Below are positions 27,241-41,055 of a stretch of 64,000 nt of DNA, piece after piece. A program made the translations under genes and the position numbers. Positions within the stretch are counted from its first letter, which is position 1. Each line of letters starts with the position of its first letter. The notes beneath the pieces are model-generated. The model did not search any database. It was given only the letters and a program-made list of their open reading frames with translations, and was not told where the DNA came from. This stretch comes from Octopus bimaculoides (taxonomy: Eukaryota). The stretch covers positions 55,146,113 to 55,210,112 of the forward strand of contig NC_068984.1 of the NCBI RefSeq assembly GCF_001194135.2, read 5' to 3'.

Positions 27241-30127
27241 ACAAGTTCATGTATCTGCCATTTGATCACTCAGTTTAATGTATCTTATTTCGTCACTTAT
27301 TGACTATCTCTAATGCAAAACTATGCACTGAATAATCTCTCTCTACAAAGATCAAAAACCATACTACTGTCAAAACATTATTTTTAAGAAAACGTTTTAG
27401 TTCATATGCACGTAAATATTTGTCTGTGCTCGTGTGTAAAATCATGATTAACATCTTCGTGCACACTTGGACGCGCGAAAACTTTTCGCTTTAAAAGTAG
27501 TTTCGGGAGAAAATTCTCATGGATAATGTGTGTGAAAGTACATCATTTTGGCAATTAATGATTATACATATATTTCATTTACCGCTGTCGCATGTCCCTC
27601 CAGATAATGTATATGTGTGTATATTCGTGTGTGTATGGGTATGTGTGAGTGTGTGTGCGTTTGTGTGCGTTGGCACTAAATCACCTTCTTATAACTAGGG
27701 TGTTGGATGTGATATGCAGTTGAGACATTTACAAACAGAGATTGTTTAATGTATAGTTGTGCAGTGGAGATTGAGTGGAAAACATGAAACATATCTAATC
27801 TGGGGTGCAGGCAATTGCTACATAGACGTGTATAATATTAGTGAATCGAACTGGATCATACATAAAGGTTGTGATATTGACAGGGTCTAGAAAGACAACA
27901 ACTTAACGTGTTGCGAAAAAGTTGTTCTCCTGTCATGAAAACCGAATATGGTCTCCAATCATGGAAATTGCAGCGGTCAAGTTGTCGCAGTGGGTACAAA
28001 CTCGATGAAATGAGGTAAAAACGGCTTTAAACATTATTACCAAGACTAGGCTATTTTACGAGACTGATAAACCCATACGCTTCCGATGTAATTCAATAAC
28101 TAACCGGAGCAACAACAAAAAAAGTGTACTGGAAAATGCTTTATAGCGTCAGCACAAAAGAGTTATCATGCCATTTACATATTTTATAATTGTCCAGACA
28201 TTTTCTCGTGATATTGTCTGTGAGACCCAAAGTATATCAGCAAGCATAATGGTATGGGTTTTGAAAAGCTTGAAGGCTTTAACTCTGCAATTGTTGTCAT
28301 AGATGAATTGCTTGTCTACGAAATTCTATTCGCCATCAAACAGTCTCACTATCCCTCCATTGCTTTACAGTATTTACAACTTTGGGTCCTACGAAGTCAT
28401 ATCAGAACAATTATAAAACCTGTCAATAGCACGTAAATTCTTGGGTGTCAATACCATTATGAATCTTCTGGTATGTTTCCTAGTATGGCTTGATTATAGA
28501 ATTGCCGAAAATTTGAGATATGTAGGTTTATCAATATCCTTTTCATTTATGTCCGAATGTTTTCATTTCAGAATCACTAAAATCTTCATAAAATTGCTAA
28601 AATTACATACCATAAAAGCTTACCCGCCTCCACTTCATGTCCACTGATAGACTAAGGGTAAAGAACTTATCATTTTTCTTCATCTTTATCTTCCCTTCAG
28701 TAAAATATTACCGTCAAAGTATTTTCTATGAAGAATTAGTATCTACTTTCTAAAACTCATAGAAATCCATATCTCCTAAGATTAAACCAACTTTTTTATA
28801 GTACACCTTGTGACTGCAATTTCAACAGAGCACTAACAGACATATTTCTTTCTTACTATTATTCACAGTTTGTGTTCTACAGCACATTTTTCTTGCTGTC
28901 ACCTTATATAAATCCACCTAATGTAGAAACTTTAATAACGCACACATCTTTTATGCAATCATGATTTTGAATACTCTACTCAGTTCATTTTTACTACAGT
29001 TAACTAAAGTCACCCTAGTAACTCATTGTATTCTAATGCATTTGATTCTGTGCTATTTCTTTAATAAAACATTTATTACCGTTTTACTATATTTTCTTAA
29101 CCATTGTCTTCATAGCTCTTTTTATGAAGTTTTAATTTGAGTTCTGTTACAACANNNNNNNNNNNNNNNNNNNNNNNNNNNNNNNNNNNNNNNNNNNNNN
29201 NNNNNNNNNNNNNNNNNNNNNNNNNNNNNNNNNNNNNNNNNNNNNNNNNNNNNNNNNNNNNNNNNNNNNNNNNNNNNNNNNNNNNNNNNNNNNNNNNNNN
29301 NNNNNNNNNNNNNNNNNNNNNNNNNNNNNNNNNNNNNNNNNNNNNNNNNNNNNNNNNNNNNNNNNNNNNNNNNNNNNNNNNNNNNNNNNNNNNNNNNNNN
29401 NNNNNNNNNNNNNNNNNNNNNNNNNNNNNNNNNNNNNNNNNNNNNNNNNNNNNNNNNNNNNNNNNNNNNNNNNNNNNNNNNNNNNNNNNNNNNNNNNNNN
29501 NNNNNNNNNNNNNNNNNNNNNNNNNNNNNNNNNNNNNNNNNNNNNNNNNNNNNNNNNNNNNNNNNNNNNNNNNNNNNNNNNNNNNNNNNNNNNNNNNNNN
29601 NNNNNNNNNNNNNNNNNNNNNNNNNNNNNNNNNNNNNNNNNNNNNNNNNNNNNNNNNNNNNNNNNNNNNNNNNNNNNNNNNNNNNNNNNNNNNNNNNNCA
29701 CACACATATAGACATATGTGTGCATGCGTGTGTGTATGTGTGTGCGTGTGCGTATGTACATATAAATATGTGTATGTGACCTGTGAAACCACCTCAACCA
29801 ACAGTGGATATTTTTTGTTGAAACTTACATATATCTGTTAATTATAATACTCTAGATTTCAATGTAGATTGTAAAAAAATTTACATAAATTAATTAACAT
29901 TCTATACAAGCGTTATCTGTGAAACTATATTTTCAAATATCGCAAATTCCGAAATGAAATGTCACATAAGGATAATGAAGGTTGTTGTATAAAAAATATT
30001 GATAACGGCAGACAAGAACAGGTTTGTATAGCGTAAATATTAAAAATATTGAGTGAAACAATATATGCTTCAAATTTGTACGTACATCATATTACATTAA
30101 AACTTACAACGACACACATTCACATCG

Positions 30128-30191
<64 letters not shown>

Positions 30192-30214
30192 NNNNNNNNN
30201 NATCTATCTATCTA

Positions 30215-30254
<40 letters not shown>

Positions 30255-30604
30255 GCGCGCAAATCTAAATATCCATTTCTTTGCGCCATTTTATGTTAAA
30301 ACGACAGGCTGCTAAACGTTTAACGTTTCAATAAATATTGATTAATGAAAACAGCTCCGAATATAGACGAGTGATGAGGCCTGTATGGTTGACTAAAACC
30401 AGTCTATACAGAACTGAGGCATGGTGATATTGCGGTGACTAGAAGCATTAGAATAATAAACGAAAAATATCTAGAAACGTAGAAATATAAGATCAATTAT
30501 ACACCAATCACTTGATAGAATATCCTTAGCCTGGAGACTTATACTGGAGTCTATCTCTCCCTCCCTCTCTCTCTCTCACTCTCCTTATCTCTCCTCTCTC
30601 TCTC

Positions 30605-30654
<50 letters not shown>

Positions 30655-31580
30655 NNNNNNNNNNNNNNNNNNNNNNNNNNNNNNNNNNNNNNNNNNNNNN
30701 NNNNNNNNNNNNNNNNNNNNNNNNNNNNNNNNNNNNNNNNNNNNNNNNNNNNNNNNNNNNNNNNNNNNNNNNNNNNNNNNNNNNNNNNNNNNNNNNNNNN
30801 NNNNNNNNNNNNNNNNNNNNNNNNNNNNNNNNNNNNNNNNNNNNNNNNNNNNNNNNNNNNNNNNNNNNNNNNNNNNNNNNNNNNNNNNNNNNNNNNNNNN
30901 NNNNNNNNNNNNNNNNNNNNNNNNNNNNNNNNNNNNNNNNNNNNNNNNNNNNNNNNNNNNNNNNNNNNNNNNNNNNNNNNNNNNNNNNNNNNNNNNNNNN
31001 NNNNNNNNNNNNNNNNNNNNNNNNNNNNNNNNNNNNNNNNNNNNNNNNNNNNNNNNNNNNNNNNNNNNNNNNNNNNNNNNNNNNNNNNNNNNNNNNNNNN
31101 NNNNNNNNNNNNNNNNNNNNNNNNNNNNNNNNNNNNNNNNNNNNNNNNNNNNNNNNNNNNNNNNNNNNNNNNNNNNNNNNNNNNNNNNNNNNNNNNNNNN
31201 NNNNNNNNNNNNNNNNNNNNNNNNNNNNNNNNNNNNNNNNNNNNNNNNNNNNNNNNNNNNNNNNNNNNNNNNNNNNNNNNNNNNNNNNNNNNNNNNNNNN
31301 NNNNNNNNNNNNNNNNNNNNNNNNNNNNNNNNNNNNNNNNNNNNNNNNNNNNNNNNNNNNNNNNNNNNNNNNNNNNNNNNNNNNNNNNNNNNNNNNNNNN
31401 NNNNNNNNNNNNNNNNNNNNNNNNNNNNNNNNNNNNNNNNNNNNNNNNNNNNNNNNNNNNNNNNNNNNNNNNNNNNNNNNNNNNNNNNNNNNNNNNNNNN
31501 NNNNNNNNNNNNNNNNNNNNNNNNNNNNNNNNNNNNNNNNNNNNNNNNNNNNNNNNNNNNNNNNNNNNNNNNNNNNNNNN

Positions 31581-31644
<64 letters not shown>

Positions 31645-31689
31645 GATGTCGCCGTTATTGTCTTCATTTTATCATCGTTTTTCCCTGCA

Positions 31690-32210
31690 TACCTAGATTG
31701 CTCGGGATCCTTTCCGTTTCGGAATCTCACAAAATCCTTGCGGTTATTTGTAGTATTTTTAAAATGTAGTTCAGCCTCTTAGCATTCTCAAATCGATTTA
31801 CCCACCCCATTTTTTTTCTGCATCTTGTTTGATCGTCATCGGCAGTTTTCTACACTTTGTATTACTTGGTACTTCTCTAACCATCGATCGCCTTCCATAT
31901 GCACCATATGTCTGTACCAATGCAATCTTCCATCCTCTGCACTATAGCTGATTCCTTGTATACTCACCTTTTCTCTTAGCTCATTATTGCTTTATTATTC
32001 ATGGAAACTAATAGTACATGTTCAAAAAGGTATAGTTACCTCATTTAATCCTAGACTTCGCATTTCTAAATATTCAGTCTCATATGTCTATAATACAACA
32101 CTTCGTTCTAAAGAGTGATGCAGTTTGCCCGCCATTCAGACTGAGAATCTCCCGTTTCCCACAAAAGTAAGAGCGCCCTGGACATTTCGCTTTATTATGG
32201 CCACTATGCT
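31690..32210 (-). mobile_element. Decayed RTE-clade LINE, C-terminal RT region
   Basis: Minus strand gives NNELREKVSIQGISYSAEDGRLHWYRHMVHMEGDRWLEKYQ, resembling the RTE motif ELR..GI..I....RRLRW.GHV.RM...R; upstream pieces resemble VLLYGSETW-type sequence. Confidence 0.65.
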
Positions 32211-32214
32211 TTCA

Positions 32215-32370
32215 GGAGCGGGAAATTGGCAGAATTATTAGAGCATCGTGTGACATACCTTGTGTTATTCGTTCCGGCTTTCTGCTCTCTGAGCTCAGAT
32301 CCTGATGATGTCAACCATTTTTCCTTTCTTTTTGGGTCAATAAATAAACTACTGCTCTAGCATCGGGATC
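32215..32370 (+). mobile_element. Decayed Nin/Deu-like tRNA-derived SINE
   Basis: ttggcagaattattagagcatcg...ctgagctcagatcctgatgatgtcaacc...tttgggtcaataaataaactac aligns to the copy at 46734. Confidence 0.55.
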
Positions 32371-33793
32371 GACTCGGCACTCCCTCTTCTTCTTTGGATG
32401 GTAACTGTAATTCAAAGTACAAGTCTTATTGTACAGTGTCACGCTGGCGCAAAATTGAACCTGATAATAATGTTAAGAGTCCACGTAATTGTGAGATTGC
32501 TAAGTAATTTTACAAGTGGAAATTCAATTAGTGAAACAAATCAATGCCCTTCGGTAAAACTGATGGAGAATCCACTATGATTTCAAAACTTCCACCAGCA
32601 CTGGTAATTTGGGATTAAGGTAACAGAATCTGTTGGCATCTATATTAAATGAGCCTTCCAGAAATTTAAATTAGTAACATTGGTGTTCTCAATGCTGACT
32701 ACCCTTGTGCACATGTTACGTACAAAGTATTTCTACTTTGTAAGACTGCTTCGGATAACATTTTATCTTTTATGCAACCAAAATTTATAACGTGTACGCT
32801 GCTTCGAATTTCTTCCAATTCTTTTTCTCATATCGCATATAACTATTTTCAGAGGGTGGTAGACTTCGGTCTAATTTTTTTTATAAACTAAAACCTTTAG
32901 CTTTGTTAGGTCTATTTAAAACCTATTGCTTCAAGTAATTGCCTCACGGCTTACGAGATTTTTTTCTCTAATTCTTCGACAGCTTCACCTATGATTAAGC
33001 TTATCGCAGCAACATTCGAAATATCGGCCACACGCTCACGCGTACACAACCTTTGAAAGTTACAAATATTCTGTAAATTAAAAAGTACTTTATCAAAAGT
33101 ATGCAGGTTAAATTTTATGGTTTTCTCTTCTAAATAGATTGTGGATTTTTAACACTGTAGCCAATTTTGAAAATGGTTGCATTTTAAGAAGCTAGATAGC
33201 TCCATTTAAGACTTTTGCTTGTAAAAGATCTGTAAGATCAATGACTCTGTTTATGTCAAATATATATTTGGGGTAATTACTGATAAAATTAATTACTTTT
33301 CTAAACAATAAATACCCTTCTCACAATTCAATATTCTGTGTACAAATGTTATATGTTCGACCAATAAAATCCCTTCATTTCAAACTTATTCAATCAAACC
33401 GTTTCTACTAACTTAAACATTTGCAATGTATTTGGTTTAAGAACGTAATATATAATGGTACTTATAGTGTTGATTAAACTCATTTCACCTTTTTGGCATT
33501 TAAGAGTTTACAGTCATAAATACACATACACTAACACACATACATATATATATATATATANNNNNNNNNNNNNNNNNNNNNNNNNNNNNNNNNNNNNNNN
33601 NNNNNNNNNNNNNNNNNNNNNNNNNNNNNNNNNNNNNNNNNNNNNNNNNNNNNNNNNNNNNNNNNNNNNNNNNNNNNNNNNNNNNNNNNNNNNNNNNNNN
33701 NNNNNNNNNNNNNNNNNNNNNNNNNNNNNNNNNNNNNNNNNNNNNNNNNNNNNNNNNNNNNNNNNNNNNNNNNNNNNNNNNNNNNNNNNNNNN

Positions 33794-33829
<36 letters not shown>

Positions 33830-34037
33830 TGTATTCACACACCTCCTCAAATTACAGTGTATGTAGAACTACTCATATACCGAAAGAACACGTCTCAACG
33901 GATAGTAATGGTGGCGAGCGAGGAACTGCAGTCTAGTGAATGGATATATGAGCGTGTGTATATGTACACACACATACACACGCATACACACACAAAAACA
34001 CACACGGATGCACATTCATACACACACACATATATGT

Positions 34038-34450
34038 AGGTGTATGAGTGGCTGTGTGTTAAGAAGCTTCCTTCCCAACCACATGGTTCCGGGTTCAGCC
34101 CCACTGCATGGCACCTTGAGCAAGTGTCTTCTACTGTAGCCTCGGGCCTTCTGAGTGGATTTCGTAGACGAAAACTAAAAGAAGCCCGTCGTATACATAT
34201 GCGTGTGTGTGTGTGTGTGTGTGTGTGTATTTGTGTGCCTGTGTTTGGCCCCCCACCATCGCTTGACGTCCGATGTTGATATGTTTACATCCCCGTAAAC
34301 TAGCGGTTCGGAAAAAGAGACCGATAAATTAAGTATTAGGCTTAGAAAGAATACGTCCTGGGGTCGATTTGATCGACTAAATGCGGTGCAGCAGCATGGC
34401 TGCAGTCAAATGACTGAGACATGTAAAAGAATAAAAAATAAAAGAATGAA
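34038..34450 (+). mobile_element. Near full-length CORE-like tRNA-derived SINE with internal (TG)n
   Basis: A-box tggctgtgtgtt, B-box ggttcagccc, gcaccttgagcaagtgtctt core-like block, 3' gcagcatggctgcagtcaaatgactga and (aaagaat)n tail. Confidence 0.9.
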
Positions 34451-34454
34451 TTCA

Positions 34455-34600
34455 CGAAAAACCAACAGACGAAGACAGGTGATGTAAACAACAAATGGTT
34501 GTATTAGTATAACGCTCGGGAATAGAGAAAGTCTTGAACGTTTCGAGCCTAGGTTCTTCAACAGAAAGCAACACAGAAAGAAACAAGGAGAGAAAAATTA
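34455..34600 (-). mobile_element. Penelope-like terminal fragment with hammerhead-like motif
   Basis: Reverse-complement match to 39470-39600; contains ctgttga-a-gaac-ctag-gctc-gaaa-cgtt-c on the minus strand at about 34531-34568. The PLE assignment is inferred from the motif. Confidence 0.55.
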
Positions 34601-35580
34601 TCCATATATCTGGATAATAACCTTATAACGTTCTTTCCAATGTTCTACAGGTATCGGCTACCAGATGATATCATACAGCAGGACTTCACCTTTAATATGA
34701 TATACATGTGAAAATGCACGAGTATTCACAGAGTCTATACAAAAGAATTTTATTACTAGATGGAATGAATAGGCTTTATTACAAATCACTACAACTATTG
34801 CGGCGCCTCAGTATCAGCTGGTAATTGCTGAATGTTACATATATTATACAGATTATTGCATTAATATGATTCCACAATTGCTTTATACAAGCACGTCGTC
34901 AGATGAGTAGATTCCAAAGAACTGCTAGATCATCTTTCGCTTCTCTCTGTTTTATACCCACACCACTAAGGAATTTCGAGCATTTCATTGACGAAAAAGA
35001 ATTCGGCTATATAATGAGACAGAAATGAGAAAAAAATGCCAAAAGTAAATAAATTGATGGAAATAAAAATGAAAAAATAAAGGAAATCCTTATGCACTCC
35101 ATTCTTAACCACGGACTTGTTTCCATTTTTAGGAAAATAAATTGACGTTCTAAGATAATAATGTCGTAAAAAAGTAAATATGAGCCATTACAAGTCTCTT
35201 GTGTCTCTTGCCGTTCCGCTTCAAAGACAATCAGTTATTTAACACAGCAGAAGACAAAAATCTGAGTCCATCCAGATTAAATTTTGGTCCTATAGTACTG
35301 TCGCTTGGCTTTGTCTTAATTGCTTTAAAAGGCATTAAAAGAGGCTATTACATCACGGAGATTTACCACTACCCACTCTTATGCAGACGTAAAAATTTAT
35401 TTAACATTAATATTATTATGTATGTACATACATATATCTATCTAAAGGTACATACACATTTTCCACTCTCATGAATATATATCTTTTTATGCTCCTTTAC
35501 ATAAATGCCTACAGAAACGCTCATATCTAAATATTTTTTGTCACATTTCTATCTATTTATTTAGAATTTTGAGTTCAAGC

Positions 35581-36956
35581 TCAGAAAAGAAATGTAATGT
35601 TATAGAGTAACCTTATTAAATTTGTTCGTTTCGACCTACAGTGTGTTACATATCCCAGTAACCCAATAATTACAGGTATAAACCTGAACTTGTAATCTGG
35701 ACAGAGTAACTGCAGATGTTTCAATTGTCCAGCGTAGGTATTCTTTTTTTTTTTTTCACAGATCTTCAACTTTATGTTAACATCCGCTGGGCAGCTACTA
35801 TTCACAACTGTACACAGTTTCTCTTCTCTATCTCAAATCATTATATCAGGTCTGTTGTCCTTATATATTATTGAGGTCTTCACTGGGACATTCCACTAGT
35901 ACTCCTTGTTATTATGAGTGGCTATCGCTTATACCATGCTGTGGGTTCTTATTTCTTTGTCCTCGGGATTATTTTTCTGACGGATTTCATTATAGTGTGT
36001 TCTAGCTACATCATGTCTCATCGGAAGATAATACCGTGATGACAATTTTGGACAACTGCTTATGATGTAGGTGATATCATCTGTATTAACTTCATAAAGT
36101 CTGCGTCGGTTGTCACATTATACTGCTTTTCCTGCATTTCTATCCATTTTGTGCACCAGGTACTTGGTTGATATTTCTTGTTCATGGATTGCAAACGCAT
36201 ACCGCTCAAAGTGGGAGGTAGTACTCCGGTTATTGGTCCATGAAAGACTGCTTTGATGATCGGCGTTACAATCATCTCGGAGTTTTCTACTAACATATCT
36301 ATGCATAGTCTTCTACTCATATGCGCTCATCCTTCCATCTGATGATACTTTGCAGTGGTAGAGTCGTGCGACTTCTTTGGGCATATATTCTAGGTGATAA
36401 GACAAAGATTGTTGCTCAATGAGCTGCCTTTCGAGCCTTATGATGTTATCAGGTTCATGCATGCAAACTTGGTCAAGTGATGCTCATCAACACTTGGTGG
36501 TTGAACGATGTTACCGAAGGGATATGATGTGACATTCAAAGGTATTTTGGATCGATGTTAAGCTTCTGCCGCCTTGTTTTCGTTTTAGGTAGAGGCAGTC
36601 TACGTCATTGTTTATGTGGAAATTACGTGTGTTTGTTAGTATTTTTCGGGTTTTTACGTCAATGACTCGCATCTCATCAAGCGTCCAAATAAGCAGCCCA
36701 ATTATTGGTATGGGTACTTTCACTGCAAACACATTGTGGACTACTGTTTTATTGAATGTACAAAGTTCTGAGGTCCAAATTTTCTTTGGTTTGCCGTAAT
36801 ATTCTTTAGTGACACGTGTTTTGGTACAGGTGCCATTGTAAGATATGTTTTCATCCACCCCTAGACACCTGTATCATTCGTCGTCAGATATAAGGAAAAC
36901 AGTCAAATCATTGATGGAGATGTTACTAGTCTGGTTTATAGTAACCGTGCTTTTCA
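35581..36956 (-). mobile_element. 5'-truncated, decayed R4/Dong-type non-LTR retrotransposon (RT C-terminus, CCHC, RLE endonuclease)
   Basis: ORF 36511-36858 has DVDCLYLKRKQGGRSL (LY..R..GGRGL motif). Downstream pieces give KDNRPDIMI*DREEKLCTVVNSSCPADVNIK and KFRFIPVIIGLLG. Same family as 13921-14980. Confidence 0.88.
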
Positions 36957-37080
36957 CATGTATGTATGTATGTATGTATGTATGTATGTATGTATGTATG
37001 TATGTACTATGTATGTACTATGTATGTGTGTGTATGTACTATGTATGTACGTACGTATGAATGCATGTATGTATGCATTA
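36957..37080. repeat. (TATG)n microsatellite at the 5' junction of the minus-strand LINE
   Basis: Directly visible. Confidence 0.95.
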
Positions 37081-37344
37081 TGTATAAAAATTAAAGAGCA
37101 CTAGACAGAGGTAGAGCGATAGAAAGAGAGAGATACAAATCTTATGATGGTGGCGGTCGTGTTCGTACCCGCCGCCTGACGCTGAAAATTCAACACGATC
37201 AACAGAAATTGTCTGCCACTGAACGTATAAATTGCTGACAAGTCAACAGTCATGTGTACTCTTAATGTAATTCTCAGCAGAATCAGCGTGACACGGTGTG
37301 AGTGATAAAGCTTTTTCTTCTGAATCGCTGATACAATACACTTG

Positions 37345-37490
37345 ACAAGCACCTCCAGAGTTTCCGTCTATCCAGTATAATTCACAAGGTATGGGTCGGT
37401 CTGATGTTACTGAAAATAACACATGTCCAAGATTCTACGCATTAGGTCGAACGAGACGTTATGGTAGTGAAGCAAACTCTTTAAACGCAA
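37345..37490 (-). mobile_element. Decayed CORE-like SINE head fragment
   Basis: gtttccgtcta...ttcacaaggtatgggtcggtctg...acacatgtccaag...atggtagtgaagcaaactctttaaac matches the family reverse complement. Confidence 0.55.
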
Positions 37491-37757
37491 ACATATAGCA
37501 CATATATATATGTGTAGTGTGTACACACACGCGCGCGCACACACACACATACACATATAGTGGGAAGTTAGAAGTTATCTCTAGTCATAGAGTGTTCATT
37601 GGTTTAGCACCTAGAAAGCGCTTAGCAGTATAGGTGAAGCGTATTATTCACTCAATGATTGGTCATAACTTACTAAAAGAGGCATTACTGCTGTAATACT
37701 TTAGAGTGTGCTTCTTTTTCGGATATATGAATTATTGACGATGTGTGCGCGCGTGCA

Positions 37758-37827
<70 letters not shown>

Positions 37828-39006
37828 CGTGTATGTGTGTGTGTATGTGTGTGTGTGTTCACAAACGTATACATGTATTTAATATAAAGTTTTTGTTACA
37901 GGGTGCGTAAGGCATTTGAGATCATACCTTTTGGGGGGTCATTGCTGCATTTTTTGCTAACTCTGTATAATATTTGTTTCAGAAAATAATAATGGTAGAC
38001 TCTCAGTTTACTCAAGAAATGAGGAAGCATGCTGTAATTGTGGTTATAAAGGCTGAGCGTAGCGATTTAGAAATATCTCGATTTATAAAAGCTGCCAGAT
38101 CTTTCGTCTACAAAGTTTTTAAGGAGCTAGAGACTGAAGATGGAAGCGTATCACCAGTATCGAAGCATAAAAAGCATTCTAAACGCTCTGAAATCATCAG
38201 AACACTTGAATCTATCACACAAGTTCAACAGACCATTTATTACAATCCCAGAAAGTCCATGAGATCAATTGCAAATGATCTCCATGTGTCAGAATGGACA
38301 GTCAGAAATGTTGTCCACTAAGACACCAGATATAAGTCTTATATGATGAAGAAAGGTGAATTTGTCAGAAAAAGTAAAAGAAAATCACTACATCAGATCT
38401 AAGTGGCTCTTAAACAAACTGAAAAATCCAGCAGAAGATTTGATTTGTTTTTTCTCAAACGAGAAAAACTTGAACCAAGATCAAAAATTAACACAAGAAA
38501 TTACAGACCCTTCTGAAGTGCAGACCCTTCTGAAGTTCCAAATGTTATGCATACAAAATTTCCTGCATGGTTTTAGTGGCTGTCATGGCTTTAGAGGTTG
38601 TCAGAAATGAAGGACATGGGATGCCTCCTTACTTCTTTTCACAAGCCTTTGAGTTAACTTTGCTGTCTACATTAAGGTCCTGAAAAGAATTGTTAAGCCC
38701 TGGATAGACAGCACAGTGTATGCAATAGAAGGCCATATGTGTTTCAGTAGGGCTCTGCATTATCACACATGGCTCTAGTGCCACAGGAATTGTTGGCTGA
38801 AAATTTCATGATCACATAACCCCTAACATTTGGTCTCCTAATTCCCCAGATCTCAATCCATTGGACTATTACACGTGGAGCGTTGTTGAGAGAGAGAGAG
38901 GTCAACGAACACGCCCATAATACCAAAGATTCTTTGAAAGCTGCCATAGTCTGAGTAATGTTCAAAGTGAACCAGGACCATTTGATTAGAGCATGTAGAT
39001 GATTTA

Positions 39007-39678
39007 CCGTAATATATAAAATCCGTTCTATCTGTCTCTCTGTTTGTGCGCTTATAACTCAAGTATTGTTCATCCGACCGCGCTGAAATTTTAAACATGG
39101 ATAAATGAGAGAGCGGGGCGTTCCGTAATTTAAAAAGATTTTCAAAATTGTTAGTTTCAAAGTGAAAATCGCTATTTTTGTAATCTTTATGTCCTGTTTG
39201 TTCCGCTATTAAAACAACCAGCACATACCATTTCGCTAGCAACAAGGTGAGTACAGGATGACAGTCAGCCAAAATTGTCTCTATGCTGTCTCTCTTCTTT
39301 CCGCTTTCTGCGGGATTAATAATCTTAATCTTTAGTTACAGTTGTTTTATTCGAACTACATAATAGCCAGAATTGTCGGATTAAGACAGTAGGGTGTTTT
39401 GAGGGAGATGTGGCTGCTATTTCTACCAACCAGGTCTAGCTACCATGTTGAGGTCTCCCTCATTGGATTTTCTTTCTGTGTTCCTTTCTGTGGAAGTGCG
39501 TAGGCTCGAAACGTTAAAAACTTTTTCACTTCCCGAGCGTTAAACTAATACATCTGTTTGTTGTCTACACCACCAGTCTTCGTCTTTTGCTTTTTTGTGA
39601 ATTCTCCCTACATACATACATACATACATACATACATACAAACAAACGTACATACATACATACACACACTCACACACA

Positions 39679-39736
<58 letters not shown>

Positions 39737-40877
39737 ACATAGCACGCACGAACAAATATACACACACAAACACACACACACACGTCCATTTCATATATTC
39801 GTACATACATCTTTCACATTCCTTCTCTGTTCTTTTCGCTTTCTCTTCTTTCAATTTATGCTCTCTTCAAATAAAATTTTTACGGATACAACTACTTACA
39901 AAAATAGGGATTAATGTATAATTTCTCTCTATGTTCATACTATTTTGTTTACGATATTGGGAAAAATATGCCACTAAAGAAAAGAAGTAATCTCTCCAGA
40001 AACAAGTATAAAGCAAGGAGGATTGTAGAAAACCGAAAGCAAGAGGCTGAGGAGAGAAGCTAGATGAGATTTCTTCAAGATCAGAAAATGCATGTTGCAG
40101 CACTTAATGCTGGATCATTAAATCAATGTTTTAATGATGAGACAGAGGTCCAATAGAATAGGTCTCAGAAACAGACTACGTACAAATTCGTTCTTCACAA
40201 CTCCTGAAGCTGTTTTTAGATATGGTTGGTCCCATTCTTATAAAAATAATAACTCTATCCAAATTGGTGTGCTAAACACAAGTTGTCTTTTCTGTAGAGC
40301 TTTAAAATTTTCATATGAAACAAATGGTATGTGCTGCTCAGGCAGTCAGGTAACATTGCCAGCACTACCAGCTCCTTCTCAATGTTTTATGGATCTTCTA
40401 AAAGGCATTTCCATCCAGTCAAAGGATTTTATTAAAAATATCAGACAATACAACTCTGCAAATGACATCGTTTTGGTGCATCTAAGATAGATAAACATGA
40501 ATTTACGACGACATCAAAGTTCAAAGGCAAGTCTATCTCCCCATTGGTTCCCTGTTACCCACAAATGAACAACCACAGTTCCTCCAAACTTACTTTATGA
40601 GTGATGTAGGACAACGAACCCGTAGGAGGTGCTGCAAAAGAGAGTATATCAACTGACAGCTTTTCGGTGCGTTCGAAAATCACATAACCCCCACAGGTTA
40701 GGGCATGAAATACTCCAAACGGACACAGAATATTGCTTAGTCGAGTTAGCCCATCATTTACTCCACAAATGTTTTGTTGTCAATGCTGCACTTTCCCGTA
40801 TCACCTGTTTCAACATAACTGTAATATATACAAACTATGCCATTTTAATCCCGAGTAACGCCGGGTGTCTCTGCTAG
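39007..40877 (+). mobile_element. Internally deleted Helitron carrying an N-terminal Rep/helicase fragment
   Basis: Inserted between A and T. 5' end ccgtaatatataaaatccg; 3' hairpin cccgagtaacgccggg followed by terminal CTAG|T. ORF 40134-40490 has SCLFCRALKFSYETNGMCCSGSQVTLP...IKNIRQYNSA, continuing as QVYLPIGSLLPTNEQPQFLQTYF, typical of the Helitron N-terminal region. Confidence 0.88.
39470..39600 (+). mobile_element. Penelope-like terminal fragment with hammerhead-like motif, inside the Helitron
   Basis: ctgtgga-a-gtgc-gtag-gctc-gaaa-cgtt-a at 39488-39516; homologous to 34455-34600. Confidence 0.55.
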
Positions 40878-41055
40878 TATCTCATATACAAGCCGTTGCT
40901 GAAGCTGAAGGTGGCTTTATTGAATAACATTAGAGAAAAGAAGGTTTATTTATGTCCTCATAGCATTTTTTGATAAATAAAGTTATTATCTGTAAATATA
41001 TATGTTCTTTTTTTAATATAAACATAAATCTGTCCTCAAATATCTTACGCACTCT

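Larger units (their letters stand above)
37992..40927 (+). pseudogene. Inactivated maT transposase (interrupted 39007-40877)
   Basis: ATG at 37992; multiple stops and frameshifts, a 17-bp tandem duplication at 38504-38537, and a catalytic Asp codon changed to Gly (ggc). Confidence 0.85.

Noticed and set aside
28190-28660. Possible decayed pogo/Tigger-like transposase on the minus strand
   Set aside because: Only a faint resemblance (GGIVRLF, KAFKLFK), with many stops and no TIRs found; not supportable without a profile search.
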